Positions 9,851-21,008 of a stretch of 64,000 nucleotides of DNA are shown here, piece after piece. The stretch covers positions 24,602 through 88,601 of the forward strand of contig JBLWUG010000011.1 of the NCBI GenBank assembly GCA_048269045.1, read 5' to 3'. This DNA comes from Pseudidiomarina sp. (GTDB taxonomy: Bacteria > Pseudomonadota > Gammaproteobacteria > Enterobacterales > Alteromonadaceae). Position 1 is the stretch's first letter. Every line of letters begins with the position of its first letter. The notes under the pieces are model-generated. The model ran no database searches. It saw only the letters and a list, made by a program, of their open reading frames with translations, and was not told the origin of the DNA. The translations under genes were made by a program, and so were the position numbers.

Positions 9851-10837
9851 ATGGTAAAATCCCCAGTTATGACCAATGAAACCACAGAAAATCGACAAGT
9901 ACGTTTGCAGACCATCGATGATGACTACGCTGGGCAACGTATTGACAATTATTTACATGCGCAATTAAAAGGTGTACCAAAATCTTTGGTCTATCGAATT
10001 TTGCGTAAAGGCGAAGTTCGGGTAAATAAAAAGCGCATTAAACCCGATTATAAAATCCAGGCGGGTGACATTGTGCGGATTCCGCCCGTCCGGGTTGCCG
10101 AGGCCACACCATTACCATCCGCGAATCTTAACCGCGTACAAGCGTTGCGCGAGACTATTCTCTATGAAGACGATCTGCTCATGGTCATCAATAAACCTGC
10201 TGGGTTAGCGGTTCACGGTGGCTCAGGGTTACAGTTTGGTCTTATCGAGAGTTTGCGAGCCCTACGACCTGATGCTAAACATTTAGAACTCGTGCATCGC
10301 TTAGACCGTGAAACCAGTGGCTGCATTCTGGTATCGAAACGCCGCTCCGCCTTACGTCATTTACATGAGCAGTTGCGGCACAAAACCATGAATAAGCAAT
10401 ATTTAGCGTTGGTACGGGGACAATGGCAGCCTCATGTACGCTTGATTGCTGCACCTTTATTACGCAATACGTTGAAATCTGGCGAGCGAGTGGTGCGGGT
10501 TGATGTGCAAGGCAAAGAATCTGAAACTCGATTCCGAATTCTCGAAGCCTTTGATCAATGTACATTAGTAGAAGCATCACCCATTACTGGCCGTACCCAT
10601 CAAATTCGCGTTCATGCGTTGCATGCAGGGCATCCGATCGCCATGGATTCTAAATACGGTGATGCGGTATTTGATCAGATGATTCAGGGGCAGGGGCTTA
10701 ATCGATTATTTTTGCATGCGCATCAATTGACCTTTAAGCATCCGCAGTCGGGTAAAGATATTACGGTGAATGCGCCACTCGACGGGCCTTTGAAAAAAAC
10801 ATTGAAAGCACTTGGCGCCAAGCGCTTTGTTAACTAG
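9851..10837 (+). CDS. rluC: 23S rRNA pseudouridine(955/2504/2580) synthase RluC
   Basis: Strong similarity to E. coli RluC along the whole length (..AGQRIDN.L...LKGVPKS.IYRILRKGEVRVNKKRIKP.YK..; HRLDR.TSG; TGRTHQIRVH). An alternative start ATG at 9869 (MTNETT..) aligns better with the E. coli N-terminus. Confidence 0.93.
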   Translation: MVKSPVMTNETTENRQVRLQTIDDDYAGQRIDNYLHAQLKGVPKSLVYRILRKGEVRVNKKRIKPDYKIQAGDIVRIPPVRVAEATPLPSANLNRVQALRETILYEDDLLMVINKPAGLAVHGGSGLQFGLIESLRALRPDAKHLELVHRLDRETSGCILVSKRRSALRHLHEQLRHKTMNKQYLALVRGQWQPHVRLIAAPLLRNTLKSGERVVRVDVQGKESETRFRILEAFDQCTLVEASPITGRTHQIRVHALHAGHPIAMDSKYGDAVFDQMIQGQGLNRLFLHAHQLTFKHPQSGKDITVNAPLDGPLKKTLKALGAKRFVN

Positions 10838-10850
10838 AAAAGGTTAGATT

Positions 10851-11441
10851 ATGCAGATAGTATTAGCATCAACATCACCCTTTAGAAAAGCGCTGCTCGA
10901 AAAGGTAATACCTGAGTTTTTAGTGGCATCGCCGAGCATTGATGAAAGCGCGTTGCCTAATGAGGATGCTCGCAGCTTGGTAGAGCGGTTAGCCTTAGGC
11001 AAAGCAAAAGTATTAGCGGAAGACTTTAATAACCATATATTGATTGGTTCTGATCAAGTGGCTGTAGTTGATGGCAAAATACTGGGTAAACCCCATACCG
11101 AAGCCAATGCGTTTAAACAGTTACGCGCAGCGAGCGGTAAACGGGTTACTTTTTTCACCGGCCTCGCAACCTATAATAGTGCAACTCAGGAAAGTCAGGT
11201 TTGTGTTGAGCCTTTCTATGTTAACTTCCGAGAATTGAGCGATGCTGAGATACAGGGCTACATCGAGAAAGAGCAACCGCTGAACTGCGCGGGAAGCTTT
11301 AAAAGTGAAGCCTTGGGCATTAGTTTGTTTGAAAGCCTGGAAGGTACAGATCCCAATACCTTAGTCGGTTTACCGCTAATTCAGCTGTTAAAGATGCTGC
11401 GTGAGTGGGGGATTAATCCTTTATTGGAAAACAGCCACTGA
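10851..11441 (+). CDS. yceF: Maf-like nucleoside triphosphate pyrophosphatase, YceF subfamily
   Basis: Near-collinear match to E. coli YceF (..LASTSP.R.ALLEK.., [33 protein letters not shown]). Confidence 0.92.
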   Translation: MQIVLASTSPFRKALLEKVIPEFLVASPSIDESALPNEDARSLVERLALGKAKVLAEDFNNHILIGSDQVAVVDGKILGKPHTEANAFKQLRAASGKRVTFFTGLATYNSATQESQVCVEPFYVNFRELSDAEIQGYIEKEQPLNCAGSFKSEALGISLFESLEGTDPNTLVGLPLIQLLKMLREWGINPLLENSH

Positions 11442-11494
11442 AAACCATAAAAGCACTTGTGTTCGTGGGGCGAATCCTATAATATTCGCGCCCT

Positions 11495-12019
11495 ATGCAG
11501 AAGGTTCGAGTACCCATTACGGTAGACCCGGTCAAAAGTGCCGGAAAACAAGTGTCTTATATCGGCTTAGTTCCGGGAGACAACCTTGTTCGTTTAAAAG
11601 AGCAGTTGGTAAAGCCTTTGAGCGACATCGACGTATCACTTCATTTTGATATCGATGCCCAAGGGATTAAACGGTTGCATGGCCATGCCGAGGTCACCAT
11701 AACAGTTGCTTGTGAGCGCTGCGGTGACCCAATGGAATTGCCAGTAGCTTGTGACTTTATCTACGCTCCGGTTACCAAGCGCCAAGCGGCCACCGATATG
11801 CCCGAGGAATACGAACCTATTGAAGCCGATGAACTCGGTGAAATTAATCTGCATGAGCTGGTTGAAGATGAATTGATATTGGCGTTGCCTGTTGTGGTTA
11901 AGCACGATGAGCGCGAATGTCGTATAGATAGCAACGCAATGCAATGGGGTGAAATTGATGACACTCCAGACGCAAAAGCTAACCCTTTTGCGGTGTTGCA
12001 AGAATTAAAGCGTAAATAA
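11495..12019 (+). CDS. yceD: YceD (DUF177) large-subunit ribosomal RNA accumulation protein
   Basis: 174 aa, acidic, with a CERC...C pattern. It lies immediately upstream of rpmF, as in E. coli. Confidence 0.88.
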   Translation: MQKVRVPITVDPVKSAGKQVSYIGLVPGDNLVRLKEQLVKPLSDIDVSLHFDIDAQGIKRLHGHAEVTITVACERCGDPMELPVACDFIYAPVTKRQAATDMPEEYEPIEADELGEINLHELVEDELILALPVVVKHDERECRIDSNAMQWGEIDDTPDAKANPFAVLQELKRK

Positions 12020-12037
12020 ACTTAGGAGATAGCGTAA

Positions 12038-12208
12038 ATGGCTGTACAAAAGAATCGGAAAAGTCGTTCGAAGCGCGACATGCGTCGTTCTCACGATGCA
12101 CTGAGCGGCCCTACACTGTCGGTTGACTCTACCTCTGGTGAGACGCACCGTCGTCACCATGTGTCAGCTGATGGTTACTATAAAGGCCGTAAAGTAATTA
12201 ACAAGTAA
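12038..12208 (+). CDS. rpmF: 50S ribosomal protein L32
   Basis: Not in the ORF track because it is under 60 aa. Read directly as [56 protein letters not shown] with GGAG 8 nt upstream. Canonical position before plsX. Confidence 0.95.
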   Translation: MAVQKNRKSRSKRDMRRSHDALSGPTLSVDSTSGETHRRHHVSADGYYKGRKVINK

Positions 12209-12226
12209 CAGTAAGGAAGTGAGGCT

Positions 12227-13252
12227 ATGGCCACACTGACACTGACACTTGATGCAATGGGGGGCGATCATGGCCCCTCAGTTGTTATAAGCGCGCTAAC
12301 ACAGGCGCTAATTTCCTTTCCAAAAGTTCACTTCATTGTTGTTGGCGACGAATCCGAACTGATTCCGTTGTTACAAGCAGCACAACTTGAAGCGCACCCC
12401 CGTGTGCAATTAAAACATGCAAGCCAAACGGTCACTATGACCGATAAACCTGGCTATTCATTGCGTGCTAAACCTGACTCATCCATGCGTGTGGCACTAG
12501 AATTACTCGCCGATGGCACCGCTAACGCATGTGTTAGTGCCGGTAATACCGGTGCTTTAATGACAAAAGCTTATTTCTCACTAAAAACCTTACCAGGCGT
12601 TTTACGACCGGCGCTGATGGCGGCCTTGCCACAACGTGAAGCGGGAACCGCATTCTTGCTCGATCTCGGTGCCAACCCAGTCTGCGACTCCGACACCCTG
12701 TTTCAGTTTGGGGTTATGGGTAGTGTCGCTGCACAGCAGGTTCTAGGCATTGATAAGCCTCGCGTTGCCTTGCTGAATATGGGCGCTGAAGAGATGAAAG
12801 GTAATGATGTAGTTAAAGCTACGGCCGCGCTCTTGCAAGCCTCTAAACACATCAACTATATTGGCTTTATTGAAGGTGATGACCTGTTTGCCGGCAAGGC
12901 CGACGTTATTGTCTGTGATGGATTTGTCGGTAATGTGGCGTTAAAAAGCTGCGAAGGCTTAGCTGAGCTATTATTGAACAATATCCAGTCTAGTATTGAT
13001 ACGCACTGGTTAACCCGTTGGTTCGTTAAACTCTTCTATCGTCGCTTGCAACGATCGTGGGACTGGCTGAAGCCCGACCACTACAACGGCGCGAGTTTGA
13101 TAGGATTGCGAGGCGTTGTTATCAAAAGCCATGGCGCTGCAAATGAGCGTGCTTTTTTGAGCGCAATTGAGCAGGCCGTGGAAGAAACACAACGGGATCT
13201 GCCGACACAAATTCGTGACCGCGTAGAACAGGTTCTTTTAGAGCAGGAATAG
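12227..13252 (+). CDS. plsX: phosphate acyltransferase PlsX
   Basis: 341 aa with a ..[10 protein letters not shown].. N-terminus. Canonical rpmF-plsX-fabH order. Confidence 0.95.
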   Translation: MATLTLTLDAMGGDHGPSVVISALTQALISFPKVHFIVVGDESELIPLLQAAQLEAHPRVQLKHASQTVTMTDKPGYSLRAKPDSSMRVALELLADGTANACVSAGNTGALMTKAYFSLKTLPGVLRPALMAALPQREAGTAFLLDLGANPVCDSDTLFQFGVMGSVAAQQVLGIDKPRVALLNMGAEEMKGNDVVKATAALLQASKHINYIGFIEGDDLFAGKADVIVCDGFVGNVALKSCEGLAELLLNNIQSSIDTHWLTRWFVKLFYRRLQRSWDWLKPDHYNGASLIGLRGVVIKSHGAANERAFLSAIEQAVEETQRDLPTQIRDRVEQVLLEQE

Positions 13253-13260
13253 TTGTAATT

Positions 13261-14220
13261 ATGCATGCAAAAATTGCGGGGACTGGTCACTACTTACCGG
13301 ATCAGCGCCTGACTAATGCTATGCTTGAGCAACGTGTAGAAACAAGCCACGATTGGATTGTTGAGCGTACAGGTATACATGAGCGACGCGTTGCAGACGT
13401 GTCAGAAAATGCAGTAACCATGGGCACCGTAGCTGCTCGTCGAGCGCTTGCAGCGGCAGCTATTGCCGCCGAAGATATCGATTTAATTGTGGTAGCTAGT
13501 ACTTCTGGCGAGCGCGCCTTCCCGAGTGTTGCTTGTGAAATACAAGCATCATTGACCGATAAAAACATTCCAGCGTTTGATGTTGCCGCAGCCTGTTCAG
13601 GCTTCGTGTTCGCATTGAGCGTTGCTGATCAATATATCCGTACCGGAACCTATAAAAATGTATTGGTTATAGGTACTGATGTACTTTCCCGTTTATGTAA
13701 TCCCGCTGATCGTAATACAATTATATTGTTTGGTGATGGTGCCGGGGCAGTAGTGTTGTCCGCCAGTGAAGCACCAGGTATTCTTTCTACGCACTTACAT
13801 AGTGCCGGTGAATTTGCCAATTTATTAGGCGCGAATCATCCTGACCGTCATAACGCAGAAGCGTTAAGCGAAGCTTGGATGTACATGAAAGGAAATGAAG
13901 TATTCAAAGTTGCGGTGAGTAAGCTGAGCGAGTTGGTCAGCGAAACTTTAGCGGCCAACAATATGACTGCTGATGAACTAGACTGGTTAGTACCGCACCA
14001 GGCGAATTTACGCATTATTAAAGCCACTGCAAAAAAATTGAAAATGCCTATGGCGCAAGTGATTACTACTTTAGATTATACGGGTAACACTTCGGCGGCG
14101 TCGGTACCTATTGCTTTAGATGCGGCCATTCGCGATGGTCGAATCCAACGCGGTCAGCATTTATTACTTGAAGCCTTTGGCGGTGGTTTTGCCTGGGGTT
14201 CAGCGTTGATTAAGTATTAA
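13261..14220 (+). CDS. fabH: 3-oxoacyl-ACP synthase III
   Basis: 319 aa KAS III (..AAACSGF.., HQAN.RI, GNTSAAS.P.AL). Confidence 0.95.
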   Translation: MHAKIAGTGHYLPDQRLTNAMLEQRVETSHDWIVERTGIHERRVADVSENAVTMGTVAARRALAAAAIAAEDIDLIVVASTSGERAFPSVACEIQASLTDKNIPAFDVAAACSGFVFALSVADQYIRTGTYKNVLVIGTDVLSRLCNPADRNTIILFGDGAGAVVLSASEAPGILSTHLHSAGEFANLLGANHPDRHNAEALSEAWMYMKGNEVFKVAVSKLSELVSETLAANNMTADELDWLVPHQANLRIIKATAKKLKMPMAQVITTLDYTGNTSAASVPIALDAAIRDGRIQRGQHLLLEAFGGGFAWGSALIKY

Positions 14221-14251
14221 ACTGAAATAGCAGCATAAGAAGGATAACTAG

Positions 14252-15175
14252 ATGCGAGCTTACGTATTTCCAGGGCAGGGGTCACAAACAGTTGGTATGT
14301 TAGCTGATGTGGCTGCCGAGTACCCGGTGGTTGAAGCCACGTTTAAAGAAGCCAGTGACGTGCTTGGCTATGACTTATGGTCCTTAGTGCAAGATGGTCC
14401 TACTGAGCAGTTAAATGAAACTCAGCGCACCCAACCAGCATTGTTAGCGGCTAGTGTTGCGCTTTATCGCGTGCTAGAGCAAGCAGGTGTACCAGCGCCA
14501 GAGAAAATGGCCGGTCATAGCTTAGGCGAGTATTCAGCGTTGGTTTGTGCCGGAGTACTCGATTTTAAAGATGCGATCCAACTGGTGGCGAAACGTGGCG
14601 AGTACATGCAAGAAGCAGTACCTGCCGGTGTGGGCGCTATGGCTGCGATCATTGGCTTAGATGATGCAGCAGTGAGCCAAGCCTGTGAAGAAAGCTGTGC
14701 TGATGAAGTGGTGGCGCCGGTGAACTATAACTCACCTGGTCAGGTAGTTATTGCGGGTCATGCCGCTGCGGTCGCTCGTGCCGGCGAGGCTTGTAAAGCA
14801 GCCGGCGCTAAACGCGCCTTACCTTTGCCGGTAAGTGTACCTTCTCATTGCTCGCTGATGAAACCAGCCGCCGAGAAGCTAGCCGTTGATTTAGCAGCAT
14901 TAACCCTGCAAACTCCCTTAGTACCAGTGATGAATAATGTTGACGTTGCGGCACCGCGTGAGCCGGATGCGATTCGTGATGCATTGGTTCGCCAATTGTA
15001 TTCACCGGTGCGCTGGACCGAAACCATTCAAGCGCTAGCGCAAGCAGGTGTGACTGAAATTTATGAAATTGGCCCGGGCAAGGTATTAACGGGATTGACG
15101 AAAAGAATTGATAAAACTGTCAGTGGCGAGGCGGTAAATACCGTAGACGCCATTGCTGCGAGGATTTCTGCATGA
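14252..15175 (+). CDS. fabD: malonyl-CoA:ACP transacylase
   Basis: 307 aa with FPGQGSQ..GM and GHSLGEYSALV active-site motifs. Confidence 0.96.
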   Translation: MRAYVFPGQGSQTVGMLADVAAEYPVVEATFKEASDVLGYDLWSLVQDGPTEQLNETQRTQPALLAASVALYRVLEQAGVPAPEKMAGHSLGEYSALVCAGVLDFKDAIQLVAKRGEYMQEAVPAGVGAMAAIIGLDDAAVSQACEESCADEVVAPVNYNSPGQVVIAGHAAAVARAGEACKAAGAKRALPLPVSVPSHCSLMKPAAEKLAVDLAALTLQTPLVPVMNNVDVAAPREPDAIRDALVRQLYSPVRWTETIQALAQAGVTEIYEIGPGKVLTGLTKRIDKTVSGEAVNTVDAIAARISA

Positions 15176-15918
15176 GTGACTTAATGAATTTAACCGGCCA
15201 AGTGGCCTTAGTTACCGGCGCAAGCCGTGGGATTGGTAAAGCAGTTGCTGAGCAGCTGGCTGCGGCAGGTGTTAAAGTAATTGGCACTGCAACTACAGAT
15301 GCCGGTGCTGAAGCTATTTCAAGCTACCTCGGCGATCATGGTGAAGGTTTAGCATTAAATGTGACGGACGAGGACAGCATTGCTGCTACCTTAAAACACA
15401 TTGATGACAATTACGGTCAATTAGATATACTGGTAAATAATGCGGGTATTACAAAAGATAACCTTTTGATGCGCATGAAAGATGACGAATGGGATAGTGT
15501 ACTTGATACCAACTTAAAATCCGTTTTTCGTCTGAGTAAAGGTGTGATGCGTGGCATGATGAAACGCCGCAACGGTCGCATCATTAATATATCGTCAGTG
15601 GTGGGCACGACCGGTAATCCGGGTCAGGCAAACTACTGCGCTGCGAAAGCAGGTGTAGTAGGCTTTACCAAGTCGTTAGCGCAAGAAATTGCTGCGCGCG
15701 GCATTACGGTTAACTGTGTGGCGCCTGGTTTTATCGACACCGATATGACCAAAGCACTCACTGATGATCAAAAACAAGCAATATTTGCTAATATTCCAGC
15801 TGCACGCTTAGGTAAGCCGGAAGAAATAGCGACCGCAGTGGTGTTTTTAGCATCTCCGGGCGCAGCTTATATTACTGGTGAAACCATTCATGTTAATGGT
15901 GGTATGGCGATGGTATAA
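15172..15918 (+). CDS. fabG: 3-oxoacyl-ACP reductase
   Basis: 248-aa SDR with TGASRGIG, NNAGI and Y..AKAG motifs. It overlaps the fabD stop by 4 nt. Confidence 0.96.
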   Translation: MSDLMNLTGQVALVTGASRGIGKAVAEQLAAAGVKVIGTATTDAGAEAISSYLGDHGEGLALNVTDEDSIAATLKHIDDNYGQLDILVNNAGITKDNLLMRMKDDEWDSVLDTNLKSVFRLSKGVMRGMMKRRNGRIINISSVVGTTGNPGQANYCAAKAGVVGFTKSLAQEIAARGITVNCVAPGFIDTDMTKALTDDQKQAIFANIPAARLGKPEEIATAVVFLASPGAAYITGETIHVNGGMAMV

Positions 15919-16046
15919 GTGAATAAACGTGGCAAGGGGTACGACCTCTAGGGTGAAAACCATTTTTTGCTTTATTATTGCCGCCGCTTTCACTACACTA
16001 AGCCCAATTTTGAACTCATGACCTAAAATCAAGGGATATTTATATA

Positions 16047-16286
16047 ATGAGCACTATCGAAGAACGCGTTAAGAAAATCATTGTTGAACAACTGGGTGTT
16101 AAAGAAGAAGAAGTGAAAGCTGAAGCTTCTTTTGAAAACGACCTCGGTGCAGACTCTTTAGACACAGTTGAGCTAGTAATGGCTTTGGAAGAAGAGTTTG
16201 AAACTGAAATTCCTGACGAAGAAGCTGAAAAGATTAAAACTGTTCAATCAGCTATCGATTACGTGACCAATCACGCAAACGACTAA
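16047..16286 (+). CDS. acpP: acyl carrier protein
   Basis: 79 aa, [30 protein letters not shown].. with the phosphopantetheine Ser in DSLD. Confidence 0.98.
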   Translation: MSTIEERVKKIIVEQLGVKEEEVKAEASFENDLGADSLDTVELVMALEEEFETEIPDEEAEKIKTVQSAIDYVTNHAND

Positions 16287-16302
16287 GCAAAGAATAGTGG
16301 AG

Positions 16303-16330
16303 AGGCGGAGCTTTTGGTTCCGCCTTTTTC
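16303..16330 (+). terminator. rho-independent terminator after acpP
   Basis: aGGCGGA (16303-16309) pairs with TCCGCCt (16319-25), followed by a T-run at 16325-16329. Confidence 0.8.
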
Positions 16331-16334
16331 TCTA

Positions 16335-17123
16335 ATGTGGCTGAATGGCCAACCTCTATTAAACTCCTCTTTAGATCGTGGCCTGCAATTTGGCGATGGT
16401 CATTTTACAACTCTTGTCATTCGCAATAGCCAATGCATCGCATGGCCGTTCCACCAACAGCGCCTAATTAAAGCCAGCCAGGCTTTGCAAATGGGTTTGC
16501 CTGACTTTGCGCAGGTTCAAGACCTACTTCAAACCATTGCTCAAACACAAGCCAATGTCGTGGTGAAAATCATAGTTACTCGTGGCGCCAGCGCGCGAGG
16601 ATATGCGATTGACCCACAAGCTCCCATTAATTGGTATCTAACCACAGCAGAATTACCTGAATATAGCGATCAAGGGCTTGCAGTTGAGCTCGCAACCTTC
16701 AAATTAGGCTCACAGCCACAGTTTGCTGGCTTAAAGACACTCAACCGCTTAGAACAAGTGATGTTAGCGCAAGAGCAAGAGCAGCGAGGCTGTGACGAGC
16801 TATTGGTTTGCAATCAACAAAATCAGATCATTGAAGGGATAAGTAGTAATATATTTTGCTATGATGGTCAGCAATGGATAACACCTACGTTAACGGACGC
16901 TGGCGTGCAAGGTATGATGCGTGAAGCCATACTCGACAGCGATGTTTTAAGGCAGGTTGAAGAGCGACCAATTGCAGTGACAGAACTCGGCAATATTAAG
17001 CAAATGTTTCTGTGTAACTCGGTGCTAGGGCCACGGCCTGTCGCATCAATAAATGGTCGTAATTTAGCAGAGCAAACATTACCTGAGGTTGTGAAAGCGT
17101 GGTACTTAAACGAATTTTTATAG
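16335..17123 (+). CDS. pabC: aminodeoxychorismate lyase
   Basis: Class IV aminotransferase fold (..LDRGLQFGDG.FTT..). The start is moved to the ATG at 16335 (MWLNGQP..) because the ORF-track TTG start at 16314 lies inside the acpP terminator hairpin. The position matches E. coli pabC. Confidence 0.85.
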   Translation: MWLNGQPLLNSSLDRGLQFGDGHFTTLVIRNSQCIAWPFHQQRLIKASQALQMGLPDFAQVQDLLQTIAQTQANVVVKIIVTRGASARGYAIDPQAPINWYLTTAELPEYSDQGLAVELATFKLGSQPQFAGLKTLNRLEQVMLAQEQEQRGCDELLVCNQQNQIIEGISSNIFCYDGQQWITPTLTDAGVQGMMREAILDSDVLRQVEERPIAVTELGNIKQMFLCNSVLGPRPVASINGRNLAEQTLPEVVKAWYLNEFL

Positions 17124-18121
17124 CGTTACTCGTGATTATGGCCGCGATGGTCGCGGTTGGCTTCGCCGCCAAACATTACGGCATGCAATTACTGCAGCAA
17201 CCCTTTACCGTCGAACAGCCATTTCTACTGGAAGTAAAGCGGGGTGACCACGCCCGCCGTTTAATACAACGGTTAAATGATCAGGGTTTAGCTATTCCTG
17301 AAACCCCGGCATATATAGCTTCGCGTGTTTTCAGTCAACCCGAGCGACTGCAAGCTGGTATTTATGAAATAACCTCCCAACATAATTTAGCCAAGCTATG
17401 GTCGCAATTGCGCCGTGGCGATCAATACCAGTTTCAGGTGACTTTGATTGAAGGGCAAACCTTCAATCAGTGGCTAACACGGTTAGCTAATAGCCCTTAT
17501 TTACTAGTGGAAGTCGCGAAAGAAAACCAGGCGGAAGCGGCAAAGTTAGTGCGCGAAAAGCTACAACTTGATGAAGACCAAGCCTTAGAGGGGTTGTTTT
17601 ACCCTGAAACCTACCACTATTATGCCGGTACTTCCGACGTCGAGATATTACGTGATGCCTATCAGCGCATGCAAAAATTACTGGCCGAAGTATGGCAAGC
17701 GCGCGCCGCGGATTTACCTTATAACACGCCCTATGAGCTGTTGATTATGGCTTCTATTATTGAAAAAGAAACCGGTGTCCAAGGAGAGCGCGCGAAAGTG
17801 AGCTCAGTTTTTGTAAATCGCCTGCGGATTGGCATGCGTTTGCAGTCCGACCCAACCACTATTTATGGTATTGAAGATTTCGATGGCAATTTGACTCGCA
17901 AACATTTGCGCGAGCACACCTTATTCAATACTTATCGTATCAATGGATTACCACCGACGCCTATTGCGATTCCTAGTCGCGCTAGTTTAGTCGCCGCTGC
18001 ACACCCTGAAAGCACTGATTACTTCTACTTTGTTGCCAATGGGCAAGGTGGGCATGTATTCTCTAAAACCTTGCGAGAACATAATCGAGCGGTCAATCGT
18101 TATCAAAGGAACCGAAAATAG
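17099..18121 (+). CDS. mltG: endolytic murein transglycosylase MltG (YceG)
   Basis: 340 aa with an N-terminal TM anchor and YceG-like domain (..ASI.EKET....ER..V..VF.NRL...M.LQ.DPT..Y). Syntenic pabC-mltG-tmk order. GTG start, so the exact start is uncertain. Confidence 0.9.
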   Translation: MVLKRIFIALLVIMAAMVAVGFAAKHYGMQLLQQPFTVEQPFLLEVKRGDHARRLIQRLNDQGLAIPETPAYIASRVFSQPERLQAGIYEITSQHNLAKLWSQLRRGDQYQFQVTLIEGQTFNQWLTRLANSPYLLVEVAKENQAEAAKLVREKLQLDEDQALEGLFYPETYHYYAGTSDVEILRDAYQRMQKLLAEVWQARAADLPYNTPYELLIMASIIEKETGVQGERAKVSSVFVNRLRIGMRLQSDPTTIYGIEDFDGNLTRKHLREHTLFNTYRINGLPPTPIAIPSRASLVAAAHPESTDYFYFVANGQGGHVFSKTLREHNRAVNRYQRNRK

Positions 18122-18122
18122 A

Positions 18123-18752
18123 ATGAGTGGCAAATTTATCGTTATTGAAGGCTTAGAAGGAGCAGGGAAGAGCTCAGCAATTGCGAGCCTAGTAAACCAT
18201 CTGCATGCCAAAAGCATTACCACCTTAACGGTTCGAGAGCCGGGTGGTACGCCACTAGCTGAGGCTATCCGTGAGCTCGTGAAACAAGATTGGCAGGAGC
18301 AATTAACCGCCGAAACAGAATTGCTATTGATGTATGCCAGTCGCGCGCAGCTGGTTGCTAATGTCATTAAGCCGGCACTTGCAGCAGGGCAATGGGTGGT
18401 CGCGGATCGTCATGACCTATCATCACGAGCCTATCAAGGTGGCGGTCGTGAGCTCGGCGATGCTCCATTAAAAACGCTGCGTGACCTTGTGTTGAAAGAC
18501 TTTGCGCCAGACCTGACCTTGTTGCTCGATGTTGAACCTGAAGTTGGCCTTGAACGTGCCCGTGTGCGTGGTGAGCTTGATCGTATCGAACAAGAACATA
18601 TCGACTTTTTTAATCGCACTCGCGATCGCTATTTAGAAATTGCGCAAAGTGAACCTAACATCGTAACTATCAGTGCGAATCAATCGATGCAAAATGTCCA
18701 TCAGCAACTCATTCAAGCACTGGAACAACATTTATTTGTGGGGCAGCGCTAA
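18123..18752 (+). CDS. tmk: thymidylate kinase
   Basis: The true start is [18 protein letters not shown] (P-loop) at 18123, 2 nt after the mltG stop. The ORF-track extension to 18030 overlaps mltG. Confidence 0.95.
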   Translation: MSGKFIVIEGLEGAGKSSAIASLVNHLHAKSITTLTVREPGGTPLAEAIRELVKQDWQEQLTAETELLLMYASRAQLVANVIKPALAAGQWVVADRHDLSSRAYQGGGRELGDAPLKTLRDLVLKDFAPDLTLLLDVEPEVGLERARVRGELDRIEQEHIDFFNRTRDRYLEIAQSEPNIVTISANQSMQNVHQQLIQALEQHLFVGQR

Positions 18753-19718
18753 ATGAGTCTACCTTGGTTACGCGAGCCGTGGCGGCGTATTATTGAAGAT
18801 TTAAACACGCAGCGTTTAAGTCATGCTCACTGTATCCCGTGGCGCCCTGAACTGGGAACGGACAAGTTTGTGCAGGCTTTTGTGCGGCTGTTGCTGTGCT
18901 TAGAGCCAACTCAACAAGCTTGTGGGCAGTGTAAAAGCTGCTTGTTAATGCAGGCCGATACCCATCCTGATTATCATTTTATCGAATCAGTTGATGGCAA
19001 GGCGATTGGCGTGGATGCCATTCGCGCGCTGACGCAAGAATTACAGCAGACTGCGAGCCAACATGGCGCCAAAGTAGCCTGGATTGCTGATGCCGATCGC
19101 ATGACTACCGCAGCAGCTAACGCCTTGTTAAAAACGCTAGAAGAACCCACTGCAAAAACCTACTTGGTGTTAAGCCCTCGCAGAACGAACCAGCTGTTAC
19201 CAACCATTCGCAGTCGCATGCATTTACATAACTTTGCTGCGCCACCATTGGCTGCACTTCAAGCATGGCTAAGTGGGCGCGTTCAACGTGAGTTAACGCC
19301 ACAAGAGCTGCAAGTAGCCCAGCGCTATGCCAGCGCGCCATTAACAGCGTTGGCGGCCATTCAAGAGCCTGACGCGCAAGCAACAGATAAGCTGAGCCAA
19401 CTCGCTCAGGCTTGGATAACGGGCGCGGCTTGGCCTAAACTTGCAAAACAAGACTGGCAAGAGTGGCTACAAACTTCCGAGCTCTTACTACAAGAGTTAG
19501 TACGGATTTGTCAGAAAGTGCCACAATCACGGTTGCTTTATCCGGAAATGTATAGCACTTTGGATGCATGGTTAACGCAAAAACAGATTTCAGTGACCCA
19601 ACTCACTGAATGGTTGAGGTTATGTTATACTTTGCGGGAACAAACGCGTGAACAAACTGGTTTGAACGGACCATTACTATTACAACAACAGTGGTTACAA
19701 TGGAAACAAACACCTTAG
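18753..19718 (+). CDS. holB: DNA polymerase III subunit delta'
   Basis: 321 aa with a Cys cluster C..C..C (CGQCKSCLL) and AANALLKTLEEP motif. Syntenic after tmk. Confidence 0.92.
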   Translation: MSLPWLREPWRRIIEDLNTQRLSHAHCIPWRPELGTDKFVQAFVRLLLCLEPTQQACGQCKSCLLMQADTHPDYHFIESVDGKAIGVDAIRALTQELQQTASQHGAKVAWIADADRMTTAAANALLKTLEEPTAKTYLVLSPRRTNQLLPTIRSRMHLHNFAAPPLAALQAWLSGRVQRELTPQELQVAQRYASAPLTALAAIQEPDAQATDKLSQLAQAWITGAAWPKLAKQDWQEWLQTSELLLQELVRICQKVPQSRLLYPEMYSTLDAWLTQKQISVTQLTEWLRLCYTLREQTREQTGLNGPLLLQQQWLQWKQTP

Positions 19719-20062
19719 CTGCAGCAGAAGTAAAGTCTCCTGATAAGCGCATCGTCATAGGTACGGAAGCGCAATTAAGAAGATACTACATGCCTTATAT
19801 TAAGGGTGGCGGGCTATTTATCACCACTGATGCTTCATTGTCTATGGGCGATGAGATTTTACTCGAAGTACGATTGTACGGCGAGGAGTCTTCGGTCATC
19901 GTGAAATGTAAAGTGGCATGGTTAGCCCCATCAAAACCAGACCGCATTGAACAACAAGGCGTTGGGGTGCGATTTATCGAAGATAAATCTCTACTTAAGA
20001 ATATGATTGAATCCAAACTGGCTGCGCTCGGCAGCACCGGAACCCCCACCGCAACTATGTAA
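19700..20062 (+). CDS. pilZ: PilZ domain protein (type IV pilus assembly PilZ-like)
   Basis: About 120 aa resembling Pseudomonas PilZ (..YMP.IK.GGLFI.T......G.E....V.L........V..KV.W..P......GVGV.F). The holB-pilZ-ycfH order matches Pseudomonas. ATG at 19700 is chosen; a GTG at 19691 is also possible. Confidence 0.8.
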   Translation: METNTLAAAEVKSPDKRIVIGTEAQLRRYYMPYIKGGGLFITTDASLSMGDEILLEVRLYGEESSVIVKCKVAWLAPSKPDRIEQQGVGVRFIEDKSLLKNMIESKLAALGSTGTPTATM

Positions 20063-20109
20063 AGCAAGGTATCCTTCCTTAGCGTAAACACAGCATTATA
20101 GGAGTTATT

Positions 20110-20892
20110 GTGTTTATTGACTCACATTGTCATTTAGACCGCATTGATCTAACCCCATTTGACGGCAAACTCGAAAACCTCGTAAATGCAGCACGAACTG
20201 CAGGCGTGCAGCGCATGCTTTGTATCAGTGTGACCTTAGAAGACTATCCCAAGATGGAAGCTTTGGTCGCGGACTATCCTGATATCGATGTTACCTGCGG
20301 TGTTCATCCTTTATACGTGGCCAAGCAAGGTTTAGATAAAGAACTGCTGCGTACCTATGCAAGCCAAGAACACGTGGTTGCTATTGGTGAAACAGGCTTA
20401 GACTACTTTTACGATGCCGATAGTAAGCCGCAGCAACAAGAAAGCTTTGGTTACCATATTGAACTCGCGAATGAGCTGGATAAGCCGTTAATTATTCATA
20501 CCCGCGACGCCCGTGAAGATACCTTAGCGATGTTGCGAGAAGGGCGGGCTGAACAATGTGGTGGCGTACTACATTGTTTCACAGAAACTTTAGCAATGGC
20601 TGAACGAGCGATTGAAGATCTTGGTTTTTATATTTCTATATCAGGCATCGCCTCATTTAAAAATGCGACCGAGCTACGAGATGTGGTTAAGGCGTTGCCA
20701 CTGGAACGGTTGCTAATAGAAACCGATAGTCCATGGCTGGCTCCGGTGCCGCACCGCGGAAAACCAAACCAACCAGCGTGGGTTGTTGACGTCGCTAAGT
20801 GTGTAGCCGATATTAAAGGTTGTACTTTGGAAGAGGTTGCAGAAGTAACCACGGCAAACTTTTTCAACCTATTTAAACGTATCGCCAAGTAA
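20110..20892 (+). CDS. ycfH: TatD-family metal-dependent hydrolase YcfH
   Basis: 260 aa, MFIDSHCHLD.. with later ..GE.GLDY.. and ETDSP.L.P motifs. GTG start preceded by AGGAG. Confidence 0.92.
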   Translation: MFIDSHCHLDRIDLTPFDGKLENLVNAARTAGVQRMLCISVTLEDYPKMEALVADYPDIDVTCGVHPLYVAKQGLDKELLRTYASQEHVVAIGETGLDYFYDADSKPQQQESFGYHIELANELDKPLIIHTRDAREDTLAMLREGRAEQCGGVLHCFTETLAMAERAIEDLGFYISISGIASFKNATELRDVVKALPLERLLIETDSPWLAPVPHRGKPNQPAWVVDVAKCVADIKGCTLEEVAEVTTANFFNLFKRIAK

Positions 20893-21008
20893 TTACTGAT
20901 TTTTTACTCAAAATATTCGACAACTTGAAATTATTGTCTAGACTTAATCTTACCCTCGACAAATTTCGAGTTAGCGCACGGCTCAATCCCTTTGAGCCAT
21001 TCCCCTAA

